The position numbers and the translations under genes were made by a program. Below are positions 20,504 through 30,003 of a DNA stretch of 64,000 nucleotides, in pieces; positions within the stretch are counted from its first letter, which is position 1; every line of letters starts with the position of its first letter. The notes under the pieces were generated by a model. It was not told the DNA's origin. It made no database searches and worked only from the letters and a program-made list of their open reading frames with translations. Source of the stretch: an uncultured Actinomycetes bacterium (GTDB taxonomy: Bacteria; Actinomycetota; Thermoleophilia; RBG-16-64-13); contig CAWJDT010000001.1 of assembly GCA_963841735.1 (NCBI GenBank), positions 128,001-192,000 of the forward strand. The letters are read 5' to 3'.

Positions 20504-21463
20504 TCAGATGCGTTTGTAGATAAGGTCTTTGACGTCCTCGAAAACCTTGATCATGGCCGCGTCGCGCTCTGCGAGGACCTGCTCGAGCGGACGGTCGCTA
20601 TAGTCGAAGAAGCCCTTGCCGCTCTTGACCCCCATGTCGCCCTGCTCCATGAGTTCCACCAGACTCTTGGGCTGGTTGTCGAGGGGAGCCTCGACGAAGT
20701 CCTTGTTCTGAAGATTGTTGTAGCTGAGATCGATGCCCGTGAAGTCGTAGCGCTGGACGAATCCGAGCACCATCGCGCGCGGGATGATGCTGGCCTTCAC
20801 AGCCAGGTCCAGCTGCTCGGCGGTCATGTAGCCGTTGTCGAGCAAGAAGAAGATCTCCCGCCCGATGATGCGCAGGAAGCGGTTGACGCAGAAGCCGGGC
20901 ACGAACTTCTCGAGCACTGTGGGGACTCTGTCCACCTTCTTGAGCATCTCCACCATGAAGTCAACGGTCGCCTGAGAAGTCTCGGGGCCCTTGACCACCT
21001 CGACCAACGGGACGATGTGCGGGGGAGCGAACCAGTGGGCTATGACGGTCTGGGGCAACCTGGCGGCCGGCATGGCCTCGAAGATGTTCAGGTAGGAGGT
21101 GTTGCTGGTGAAGACGGTCCGCTCGGGACACACGGCGTCCAGGGTTGCGTAGAGCTCCTTCTTGGCATCCATGTTCTCGGCGATGCTCTCGATGACCAGG
21201 TCAGCGTCCTTGCCGCACTCTTCCACCGACTGGGTGGTGGTCACCCTGGCGAGCACTCCCGGCACCGCGCTCTCGGCAATCAGGCCCTGCGCCACGAACG
21301 TGGCCAGGTTAGCTTCGACCACGCGCATGGCCTTCTCGAGCGTCTCGGCTTTGCGCGAGTACACGGCCACGTCGTACCCAGCGGCCGCGAACACCTGGAC
21401 CAATCCAGGGCCCATGGTGCCGGCCCCGAAGATGGCGACCTTCTTGACGTCTTCTACTTTCAC
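20504..21463 (-). CDS. 3-hydroxyacyl-CoA dehydrogenase family (carnitine/gulonate dehydrogenase-like)
   Basis: GAGTMG, ESIAE, SNTS, HWFAPPHIVPLVE, PGFCVNR. Confidence 0.92.
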   Translation of the reverse strand: MKVEDVKKVAIFGAGTMGPGLVQVFAAAGYDVAVYSRKAETLEKAMRVVEANLATFVAQGLIAESAVPGVLARVTTTQSVEECGKDADLVIESIAENMDAKKELYATLDAVCPERTVFTSNTSYLNIFEAMPAARLPQTVIAHWFAPPHIVPLVEVVKGPETSQATVDFMVEMLKKVDRVPTVLEKFVPGFCVNRFLRIIGREIFFLLDNGYMTAEQLDLAVKASIIPRAMVLGFVQRYDFTGIDLSYNNLQNKDFVEAPLDNQPKSLVELMEQGDMGVKSGKGFFDYSDRPLEQVLAERDAAMIKVFEDVKDLIYKRI

Positions 21464-21696
21464 GAGGATGCTCCCTTTAGCTCGTTCTTTCCTGGGAGAC
21501 GGTTGCCATCATGGTATGAGCATACCGCCTTATATATTTGACGATTTCGGTACTGTGACAATCGTAGTACACGAGCGGTGCTCATTCAAGCCAGAATGCG
21601 GCTTGCATGAGTGGCCAAGCGAAGGGATAGCCGCCATGGCTCGAAGCACACTGCGGGGCCGCGTCCCGTCTTCCGGAACTGCAGGCCGTGACCAAT

Positions 21697-21761
21697 CTTG
21701 CAAATCGGCATTGCATAATCTACGATATGGGCGATATTGTCCAGTAATATCGAGATATCGT
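21697..21761 (+). promoter_or_regulatory. sigma70-type promoter (TTGCAA-N17-TACGAT) plus operator, homologous to 11967-12031
   Basis: -35 at 21698-21703, -10 at 21721-21726; downstream TATTGTCCAGTAATATCGAGATATCGT. Confidence 0.7.
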
Positions 21762-21898
21762 AACCGTCTTTCTGTCCAAGCCGGCTTGTGCGCCGCGGGC
21801 TGTACGACGCGACGAGACGCCGGTCACCCTTCAAAACAAGGGGAAAGCATGATGGCTGTGTCGGAACGGTCGGGGCGCGAGGAAGGGAGAGCCGAGTT

Positions 21899-22672
21899 AT
21901 GAGATGGGGCATGGTCATCAACCTTGCCAAGTGCACTAGGTGCCACGCGTGTGTGGCCGCCTGCAGGATCGAACACTTCCTGCCTCTCCGAGTCACCTGG
22001 CCGCGGTTGATCGCTCTCGAGACCGATGACGGCGTCACCGTCGACGTGTCCACCTATCCGGTGCGGTGTAACCAGTGCAAAGAGGCGCCCTGCGTGGACG
22101 CCTGCCCCACCGAGGCCTCCCACAAGCGCGAGGACGGCATAGTAGCTGTCGACTCCAACAAGTGCTTCGGCTGCCGGTACTGCGTCATCGCCTGTCCTTA
22201 CCAGAACCGCACCTACCTCTCCAAGAAGAGAAACCCCAACTACTTCCCCGAGCACGCCAAAACGAGCTTCGAGAAGAAGGGCAAGGATCTCTACCCCCAC
22301 CAAGTGGGCACAACCGAGAAGTGCAACTTCTGCATGGAGCGCATCGACGCCGGTCTGCCCAAGGGGCTGAAGCCGGGCGTCGACCGCGACGCCACTCCCG
22401 CCTGTGTGAACACCTGCCAGGCCAGGGCCCTAACCTTCGGTGACCTGGACGACCCCAACAGCGAAGTCTCCAAGCTCATCAGAGACAAGAGTGGGTTCGT
22501 GCTCCACGCCGAGTACGGAACCGAGCCCTCCGTCTACTACATCGACTACAAGCTGGGCGGCGCTCCCTCCAACAAGGCTCCGGTGGAGGCGCAGACCGGC
22601 AGCCACATGCAGCACCTGAGCAGCGTCTATGCGCCGAGCAAGCCCAAACTCGCCAAGAAGAACGCGGACTAG
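21899..22672 (+). CDS. 4Fe-4S dicluster electron-transfer subunit (DmsB/NrfC/PadC-like)
   Basis: Four Cys motifs; KCNFCMERID...PGVDRDATPACVNTC...FGDLDDPNS. Confidence 0.92.
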   Translation: MRWGMVINLAKCTRCHACVAACRIEHFLPLRVTWPRLIALETDDGVTVDVSTYPVRCNQCKEAPCVDACPTEASHKREDGIVAVDSNKCFGCRYCVIACPYQNRTYLSKKRNPNYFPEHAKTSFEKKGKDLYPHQVGTTEKCNFCMERIDAGLPKGLKPGVDRDATPACVNTCQARALTFGDLDDPNSEVSKLIRDKSGFVLHAEYGTEPSVYYIDYKLGGAPSNKAPVEAQTGSHMQHLSSVYAPSKPKLAKKNAD

Positions 22673-22688
22673 GTAGGGGAGTGGCCAC

Positions 22689-23648
22689 ATGAATGCAAAG
22701 ACAGCCCGGCAATGGATGGTCACCCACGAGTGGATGATCAAACCCATGGCCCAGACCGAATGGATCGAAGGCAAGGGACTGCTCGTCTGGCTGGCGGAGG
22801 TCTTCTCGGCTCTCGGCACCGGTCTCTACCTGGTCTCGCTCTTCTTCAGCCAATCGCATCCGCCGGCCGCCTTTTGGGGAGGCATCCTGGGCTGGGTCGG
22901 CATCGCGATCTTCAAGCTGCCCTTGCACTTGGCCTACCTTGGCAAGCCCTTGCGCTTCTGGAGAAGCTTTCCCCCCTTCAGCAGCGCTTGGAAGACTTCC
23001 TGGTTCGCCCGCGGCATCGTGTTCACCATGATCTTTCTCGCCTTCGCGGCCGTTCAACTGGTGCTGCAGGGTCTCATCGGTTATGACGTGGTCACCGGCG
23101 GGGCGATCGACGCCGCCAACTGGGCGCTGATGATCCTGGCCGGTGTCTTCTGCGTGCTGACCGCGGTCTACTGCGGATTCGCCATGAGCTTCTGCAAGAG
23201 CGTGCCCTTCTGGAACACGGGGCTTCTGCCCTTTGTGTTCCTCATAATGGGCATCGCGGACGGACTTGCTCTGATCATGGGCGTCGGACTGGCCACGGGC
23301 GAAGACGTGATACCCGCCGCCGAGTCGGTCACCCGCTGGCTGCTCATCGTCAACGCCCTCTTGGTCATCTTCTACCTGGTCAACGCCAACTACCAGTCGA
23401 CCACGGCCGAGTTGTCGGTGAAAGAGCTCGTGCGCGGGCACGTGGCCTGGGTCTTCTGGCTGGGCATCGTTCTCCTGGGCATCGTGGTGCCGTTTGTGAT
23501 CTCGATAGTCGGACTCTTCATCGCCGAAGCGACGGGGTTGCTGATAGCCGCGATCGTCTGCCACACGATAGGGGCCTTCTCCCTTAAGTACGGGGTGCTG
23601 AAGGTCGGCATCTACCGGCCGCTCCTGCCCAAAGCCCATGCTTACTAA
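22689..23648 (+). CDS. NrfD/PsrC-family membrane anchor
   Basis: About 8 TM helices; LGKPLRFW, SWFARG, PFWN motifs. Confidence 0.85.
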   Translation: MNAKTARQWMVTHEWMIKPMAQTEWIEGKGLLVWLAEVFSALGTGLYLVSLFFSQSHPPAAFWGGILGWVGIAIFKLPLHLAYLGKPLRFWRSFPPFSSAWKTSWFARGIVFTMIFLAFAAVQLVLQGLIGYDVVTGGAIDAANWALMILAGVFCVLTAVYCGFAMSFCKSVPFWNTGLLPFVFLIMGIADGLALIMGVGLATGEDVIPAAESVTRWLLIVNALLVIFYLVNANYQSTTAELSVKELVRGHVAWVFWLGIVLLGIVVPFVISIVGLFIAEATGLLIAAIVCHTIGAFSLKYGVLKVGIYRPLLPKAHAY

Positions 23649-23678
23649 CAGCGCAGCTCTCGTGTTGAGGAGACACTG

Positions 23679-25916
23679 ATGGCAAAGAGAGAAGTCGTTT
23701 ATTCAACGTGCAAGAGCTGCCACGGTGGCTGCGGGGTCAAGGTCACCAAGGAAGACGGGGTCATAGTCCACATCGAGGGCAACCCCGACTCCCTCACCGG
23801 GGGCACCATGTGCTCCAAAGGCCTCTCGAGCATCCAGCACATCGACAACCCCTACCGCCTCAAGTACCCCATGAAGCAGGTGGGCAAGAAGGGCTCCGGC
23901 AAATGGGAGCGCATCTCCTGGGACGAGGCGCTCGACACCATCGCCGACAAGATGAAGGCCGCGATCGCCGATCCAGGGCCGCAGAGCATCGCTATCTCCC
24001 AAGGGACCGGACGCGGCTATAACCGCTACACCATGCGGCTGGCGCGCTCCCTGGGCACCGGCAACGCGATCACTCCCGGCTACGTGTGCCACAGCCCCCG
24101 CCTGGGCCTGTACGCCTTGGTGACCGGGTATGGCCGGCTCTACTGCGACTACCACGGCTGGGGCGGCGAGTTTCCCAAGACCCAGATCATGTGGGCCAAG
24201 CAGCTGGAGATATCGAGCGCCGATTCCGAGATGTGCTACTGGTTCATGCGCTCGCTCGACTACTGCAAGAACCTCATCGTCATCGACCCACGGGCCAGCG
24301 CTTACGCGACGCGGGCCAGCCTCTGGATCCAACCCCGGCCCGGCACCGACTGCGCACTGGCTCTGGGCATGATGAACGTCATCATCGAGGAAGAGCTGTG
24401 GGACAAGGAGTTCGTCGACAACTGGACCTACGGTTTTGACGAACTGCGGGAACGGGTCAAGGAGTGGACGCCCGAGAAGGTATCGAACATCTGCTGGATA
24501 CCCAAGGAGCACGTGGAGACAGCAGCCCGCATGTGGGCCATCGACACACCGGGATGCATCCAGGTGGGCAGCTCGCTCGAGCGGCAGGCCAATTGCGGGC
24601 ACACTCTGCGGGCCATCACCTGTCTCATGGGCCTCGCCGGCAACATCGAAGCCCCGGGCAGCATGATCAGTTGGGTGCTCCCCGACACGGGTCTCATCGA
24701 GGACTTCAACCTCGAGCTCCCCATCACCGACGAGATGAAGAAGAACATCATTGGCGGCGACCGGTTCAAGATGGGCGCGACCCGGACGTGTAACCCCGAC
24801 ACGATGGTCAAGAAGCTCCTCGCCGGCGATGCGCCTATCAAGGTGTGGTTCAGCGTGGGCGGCCAGCAGATCGTCCACATGGCCAACACCAAAGAAGTGG
24901 TGGCGGCCATCGAGAAGGTCGAGTTCATGTCGCATACCGACCTTTTCATGGGCCCCATGGCCGAAGCGGCCGACATCGTGCTACCAGCCGCGCACTGGCT
25001 CGAGTTGGACGACCTCTACGACATGCACCCGCGCTTTATGGTGGAAGCTCACAACAGGGTGGTCGACCCGCCCGGAGAGGCCCAGTCCGACGCCTGGATC
25101 TTCAACGAGATCGGCAGGCGGGTGGTCCCCGACAAGTGGTGGCCCAACGTGGAAGCCATGCTCGACTACCAGGTTAGAAGAGGCGACGGCAAAGATGGCG
25201 GCCAGCTGAAGTGGAAAGAGTTCAGTGAGAAGCTCGTCAGCGGCTGCTGGGGTCCCGACCAGGTGTACTACAAGTACAAGACCGACTTCTGGAAAGAAGG
25301 AGGCGGCTTCCCCACCCCGTCGGGCAAATTCGAGTTCAAGTCGCAGCACTTGGAGTCGCTGGGATACGACGGCCTGCCGGTGTTCAACGAGCCAGGAGAA
25401 AGCCCTGTCTCCACTCCGGAGGTGTACAAGGAATACCCCATCGTGATGAGCAGCGGTTATCGCCAACCCTTCTACTTCTTGGGGCAGTACCGCAACATAC
25501 CGTGGCTGCGTAGCTTCATGGAGTTCCCCACCTGCCAGCTGCACCCCGAAACGGCCAAGCTCTACGGCGTGGAGGACGGCGACATCATCTGGATCGAGTC
25601 GCCCCGCGGCAGGATCCGCCAGAAGCTGCGCACGTTCCCCGGCATCAAGAAGGGCGTACTGATGGCGACTGCCAACTGCTTCTACCCGGAAGAACCGGCG
25701 AAGGGCTATCACGGGGTGTTCATCTCCAACCCCAATGTGCTCACCAGCAACGATCACCTCGACCCCATGTATGGGTCGCCCGACCTCACCTGTCTGCTCT
25801 GCAAGGTCTACAAGGCCAAGGACGAGGAGCTCACCGAGGAGGTCTTCCGCAACGAGGAATACGGGTTCGTACCCGAGAGCATCGGCTCGACCGAGCCGAA
25901 AGCAGCGAAGAAGTAG
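23679..25916 (+). CDS. Mo/W-bisPGD oxidoreductase, acetylene-hydratase-like clade
   Basis: N-terminal CKSCHGGC...CSKG FeS motif, GYVCHSPR (Cys ligand position), PRPGTD, ADIVLPAAHWLE; no twin-Arg signal. Confidence 0.88.
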   Translation: MAKREVVYSTCKSCHGGCGVKVTKEDGVIVHIEGNPDSLTGGTMCSKGLSSIQHIDNPYRLKYPMKQVGKKGSGKWERISWDEALDTIADKMKAAIADPGPQSIAISQGTGRGYNRYTMRLARSLGTGNAITPGYVCHSPRLGLYALVTGYGRLYCDYHGWGGEFPKTQIMWAKQLEISSADSEMCYWFMRSLDYCKNLIVIDPRASAYATRASLWIQPRPGTDCALALGMMNVIIEEELWDKEFVDNWTYGFDELRERVKEWTPEKVSNICWIPKEHVETAARMWAIDTPGCIQVGSSLERQANCGHTLRAITCLMGLAGNIEAPGSMISWVLPDTGLIEDFNLELPITDEMKKNIIGGDRFKMGATRTCNPDTMVKKLLAGDAPIKVWFSVGGQQIVHMANTKEVVAAIEKVEFMSHTDLFMGPMAEAADIVLPAAHWLELDDLYDMHPRFMVEAHNRVVDPPGEAQSDAWIFNEIGRRVVPDKWWPNVEAMLDYQVRRGDGKDGGQLKWKEFSEKLVSGCWGPDQVYYKYKTDFWKEGGGFPTPSGKFEFKSQHLESLGYDGLPVFNEPGESPVSTPEVYKEYPIVMSSGYRQPFYFLGQYRNIPWLRSFMEFPTCQLHPETAKLYGVEDGDIIWIESPRGRIRQKLRTFPGIKKGVLMATANCFYPEEPAKGYHGVFISNPNVLTSNDHLDPMYGSPDLTCLLCKVYKAKDEELTEEVFRNEEYGFVPESIGSTEPKAAKK

Positions 25917-25953
25917 CGGGCGCAGCCGTTCGGCGCTTGCGACCTGGGATGTC

Positions 25954-25990
25954 AACCCCCTGGGCCGGCTTCCACCGGCCCAGGGGGGTT
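25954..25990. terminator. Bidirectional terminator hairpin
   Basis: AACCCCCTGGGCCGG...CCGGCCCAGGGGGGTT then TCTCTT. Confidence 0.75.
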
Positions 25991-25998
25991 TCTCTTGC

Positions 25999-27459
25999 CT
26001 AGTCTCCCGCGGGCTTCTCCGGCTCGGTCGGGGCAGCGGGCACCCAGGCGTTTGACTGCGACGGAAGCACTTGGCCCTGGTTCATCTGCATCCGCTTCTT
26101 CTCTAGCTGTGGGGACGTGGTCCGAGATGAGCGGTTACGCTCCGCTGCCCATCCAGTCTCACGCAAGAAGATCGCGGCAACCGCTCCAACCAGAAAGACT
26201 CCGGCCGCCAGCACGTAGGCGTATTTCAGAGAGCCCAGGGCATCGGCCATGCGTCCGGCAAGGTAGGGGCCCAAGACCTGCCCTAATCCCAGGAAGATGG
26301 TCACGAACCCCAGCGAGACGGAGGCCAGTCTGGGGCCGTATTGATCGCCGCACCCGGCCCCCACGACGCCGGGAAATGCGATAGCCGAGAGGCCAAAGAC
26401 CAAGGCTGAGATGATGAGACCTATGGTACTGGGCCACCAGGCGAAAAGCGCGGCCGCGATCGCCTGGACGATGCTCATCAGCGCGAGCGCCCTGCCCCGG
26501 CCGATACGATCGGAGATCCCCCCCCACAGCACGCCGCACATCAGGCTGGCCACCCCGACTACCAAGAATAGGGCCCCCGCCTGACCGGCCGTGAAGCCCA
26601 AGTCGGCGGTCAGCCTCTTCTGAAAGAACGTGAAGTAGATGATGTAAGCGAAGCCGAAGGTCATGTACACGAAGCCCAGATGCCACGCGTACCGCGAGCG
26701 GACCACGCTTCCTAGGCTGAACGAAGAACGGACGGGTCGGGACGCCATGTTCGACCAGGCAGCCAGCGTCTTCGCGGTGGCCGCTTCGGCGCCCGTCTGG
26801 GAAGCCGTCAAGTCCGAGGCCGATACCGACAGCCAGGCGGCGTGGGTCGCGGCCTCGCTGAGGTCCTCTCGGAAGGGCCGGTCTCGCTGGACGATGAACA
26901 CTAGAATGCCCACAATCGCCGTCAGGATGGCAAAGAAGAACCAAGCGTATCTCCAACCACCGACCCCCCCGTATGCCATGATGGCCGGCACCACCGGTCC
27001 GGTGATCACCAGAGCGAGCGACGAACCAGAGCTGACGACCCCCGAGGCCATGCCCCGCTGGCGCACGTCGAACCAAGCCGACATCAGTGCCACGGACGGC
27101 ACAAGCGCCATCCCGCCGCCTATGCCGGTCAACAAACGGGCGGCCGCGGCACCGGCCAGGCCACCGGAGATGCCCGTGAGAAACATGCCTAGAGCGGCAA
27201 CGAGCGAACCGATGCCCACCACCTTGCGAGGCCCGAACCAGGAAGCCAGCGCCCCCCCTATGGCCGCCATGAGCACATACCCCCCCAAGTTCCAAGACGC
27301 CAGCGAACCGGCGGCGGCGTTGCTGATGCCGAGGTCCTTCTGCATGACCGGCAGGATGGCACTGTAGCCGAAACGTCCAAAGCCTAGGGCTCCGAACACG
27401 GCGAAGAAGCCCATGGTCAAGACGACCCAGCGGTATGAGGGCCTGTGGGAAAACTTCAT
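25999..27459 (-). CDS. MFS transporter (YbfB/YjiJ-like)
   Basis: GFGRFGYS, about 12 TM, GGISDRIGR. Confidence 0.9.
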   Translation of the reverse strand: MKFSHRPSYRWVVLTMGFFAVFGALGFGRFGYSAILPVMQKDLGISNAAAGSLASWNLGGYVLMAAIGGALASWFGPRKVVGIGSLVAALGMFLTGISGGLAGAAAARLLTGIGGGMALVPSVALMSAWFDVRQRGMASGVVSSGSSLALVITGPVVPAIMAYGGVGGWRYAWFFFAILTAIVGILVFIVQRDRPFREDLSEAATHAAWLSVSASDLTASQTGAEAATAKTLAAWSNMASRPVRSSFSLGSVVRSRYAWHLGFVYMTFGFAYIIYFTFFQKRLTADLGFTAGQAGALFLVVGVASLMCGVLWGGISDRIGRGRALALMSIVQAIAAALFAWWPSTIGLIISALVFGLSAIAFPGVVGAGCGDQYGPRLASVSLGFVTIFLGLGQVLGPYLAGRMADALGSLKYAYVLAAGVFLVGAVAAIFLRETGWAAERNRSSRTTSPQLEKKRMQMNQGQVLPSQSNAWVPAAPTEPEKPAGD

Positions 27460-27525
27460 GGTTTGCTCATTTGGGGGGTGCCCACTTCGCGGACACCCCC
27501 ATCATTATTGGATCGCTGGAACCGC

Positions 27526-28146
27526 TCACGCTCCGCCGGTCTCGCAATCGCCGGCAGGTGCGTTCGCGCTCTGAGCCCCCAGGCGAAAGGCCTGCAGGTT
27601 GACGTCGATAGTCTTGGGGGGCACCGCCCTACGGATTACCGCTTCCCAAGTGTCGGTGGCAAAAGGAAGCGCCGGCGAGATAGCACCCAGCATGGCCACG
27701 TTGGCCGCCTTGACTGTACCGGCCTTGGCGGCCAGCTCGTTGGCATTCACACACTTGGCGTTAGACCAAGTGGCCTTTATGAGGCCGTAGATGTCCTCGG
27801 GGTAGGTGGCCAATCCAGCAGAGACCGGGCTGGGATTGATGCGCAGGGCGTTGTAGACCAGCTCGCCGCCCGGTTTCAGCCAATTGAGGTAGCGCAGTGC
27901 TTCCAAGGCCTCGAAGGCCATAAGTAGGTCGGCAGTGCCCTGCACCACCAACGGTGACCACACCTTGTCGCCGAAGCGGAAGTGGCTGACCACACTGCCA
28001 CCGCGCTGAGCCATGCCGTGCACTTCACTCTGCTTGACATCGTAGCCCTCGCTCATGGCCACCTGGCTGAGCACGTAGCTGGCCAGCACCACACCCTGGC
28101 CCCCCACTCCGGCCAGAAGCACATTCATGGTAGGACGGGCGGTCAT
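27526..28146 (-). CDS. iorB: Indolepyruvate ferredoxin oxidoreductase beta subunit
   Basis: GVGGQG, SEVHGMAQRGGSV, NVAMLGA. Confidence 0.93.
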   Translation of the reverse strand: MTARPTMNVLLAGVGGQGVVLASYVLSQVAMSEGYDVKQSEVHGMAQRGGSVVSHFRFGDKVWSPLVVQGTADLLMAFEALEALRYLNWLKPGGELVYNALRINPSPVSAGLATYPEDIYGLIKATWSNAKCVNANELAAKAGTVKAANVAMLGAISPALPFATDTWEAVIRRAVPPKTIDVNLQAFRLGAQSANAPAGDCETGGA

Positions 28147-29992
28147 CGAGACCCCTTCCCTTCGGTCGCCGCGGGCCGGGCGATAGCGTTCTCTTTGCAC
28201 ATCTGCGAACAGATGCCGCAACCGGCGCAGTCGACGGCGCTGATCTCTACTTTGCGATCGCCGTTGGCATCAGTGTAGAGGTTGAGAGCCCCACACCCCG
28301 CCTTGAGACAGTGCTTGCAGCCGATACACGCCTCAGAGTCCACCTGGTAGACCGGCTTGCGCACTTTGAACTGCAAGAACGCACGGAGCTTTGGCTATCA
28401 CGACGAGACCCGTCGTTGGCCGCCAGCTCCTCGCGCAGCACCCGCTGGATGTCCTCGAGATCATAGGGATCCATGGTGGTCACACGCTTGATACCGATGG
28501 CCCTGCAGAGAGCAGGGATGTCCACCACAGCCGCGGGATCGCCAAGGAGGGTCTTTCCGGTACCTGGGTTCTCCTGGCCGCCGGTCATGGCCGTGGTGCT
28601 GTTGTCGAGGATGAGCGTGAGCGACGTACCATTGTTGTAGGCCACGTCCAGCAGAGACGTGATGCCCGAGTGGAAGAAGGTGCTGTCGCCGATGACCGAG
28701 ACCACTCTGTTGCGCAGATCGGGCTTGGCGCCCTCGACGGGCGGCTCCAGGACCTTGGTGATGCCGTGCGCCATGCTGATGCTGGCCCCCATACACGTCT
28801 GGCAGTGCTGTGCGCTATATGGAGGCAGAGCGCCCATCGTGTAGCAGCCGATGTCGCCACTAACGTACACGCGTAACTTGCTGAGCACCATGAAGACGCC
28901 CCGGTGTGAGCACCCCGGGCAGAATGTCGGCGGACGGTCGGGTAGGTCTGAAGCCACTGAATCCAGCTCGCGGAGCATGTCCTCGTTCACACCCGAGACC
29001 CCGGCTTTGGCCAGCGACTGGGCCACGGAGCGGGCGTCCAGCTCGCCGAGCAGCGTATTCAGCTCCTTGCCTCCGTCGATCTTGACGCCCATGAGCCGGA
29101 TAGCTTCCTCCATGAACGGGTCGGATTCCTCCACGATGTAGAGCTTGTCCACTTTGGAGCGGAAGTCGGCGATGAGCTTCTCGGGAAGGGGGAAGGGCAT
29201 GCCTATCTTAAGGAAGCTGGCTCCCGGAAGCACTTCCCGCGCGTAGCCATAGACGGCGCCGGAGGTGATGATGCCCACACGCGTGTCACCCATCTCCACC
29301 CGGTTGAACGGGCAGGTCTCGGCATACTCGGCCAGATCGAGCAGCCGCTGCTCCACAAAGCGGTGCCGGACCCTGGCATTCGCCGGCATCATGATGTACT
29401 TGGTCCAGTCGCGCTTGAGCTCCGTGATCGGTTTCGGCTGCCTGCGCTCCCCCATACTCACCAGGCTCTTCGAATGCGAGGTCCTGGTGGTCATGCGGAA
29501 TAAGACCGGCGTGTCAAAACGTTCGGAGAGCTCGAAGGCGGCAACCGTGAACTCCCTAGCTTCTGCACTGTCGGAGGGCTCCAGAATGGGGACACGGGTG
29601 AACTTGGCGTAGTTGCGGTTGTCCTGCTCGTTCTGAGAGCTATGCATGCCGGGATCATCGGCCGAAATGATCACAAGACCGGCTTCGCCCCCGATTTCGG
29701 CGGCAGAGAAGAAGGGGTCGGCGGCCACATTCAGACCTACGTGCTTCATGCACACCAGGGCCCTGCCGCCCGCTATCGCCGCGCCCACACCAACTTCCAT
29801 GGCCACCTTCTCGTTGGGTGACCATTCGCAGTAAACATCCTCGTATTCCGCGAGGGTCTCGAGGATCTCGGTGCTGGGCGTGCCAGGATAGGCAGCCGCT
29901 AGCTTAACGCCGGCTTCCCATGCGCCACGGGCAATCGCCTCGTTACCGGAGAGGATCTCCACTGCTTCGGGGGTTTCAACTTTGCTTGCCAT
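28143..29992 (-). CDS. iorA: Indolepyruvate ferredoxin oxidoreductase alpha subunit; frameshifts near 28390-28420
   Basis: GNEAIARG, YPGTPSTE, MKHVGLNVA, SSQNEQD, CPGCSH, GDSTFFHSG, C-terminal 2x[4Fe-4S]. Confidence 0.92.
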
Positions 29993-30003
29993 ATCTCCTC
30001 CAC

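Noticed and set aside
21512-21525. GGTATGAGCATACC palindrome upstream of the HAD-BKACE-SDR operon
   Set aside because: It is a single short palindrome and I found no second copy; it may be an operator but cannot be supported.
23679-25916. Calling this a true acetylene hydratase or formate dehydrogenase
   Set aside because: It has FeS and NrfD redox partners and no FDH-type motifs that I could recognise; only clade-level similarity is supportable.
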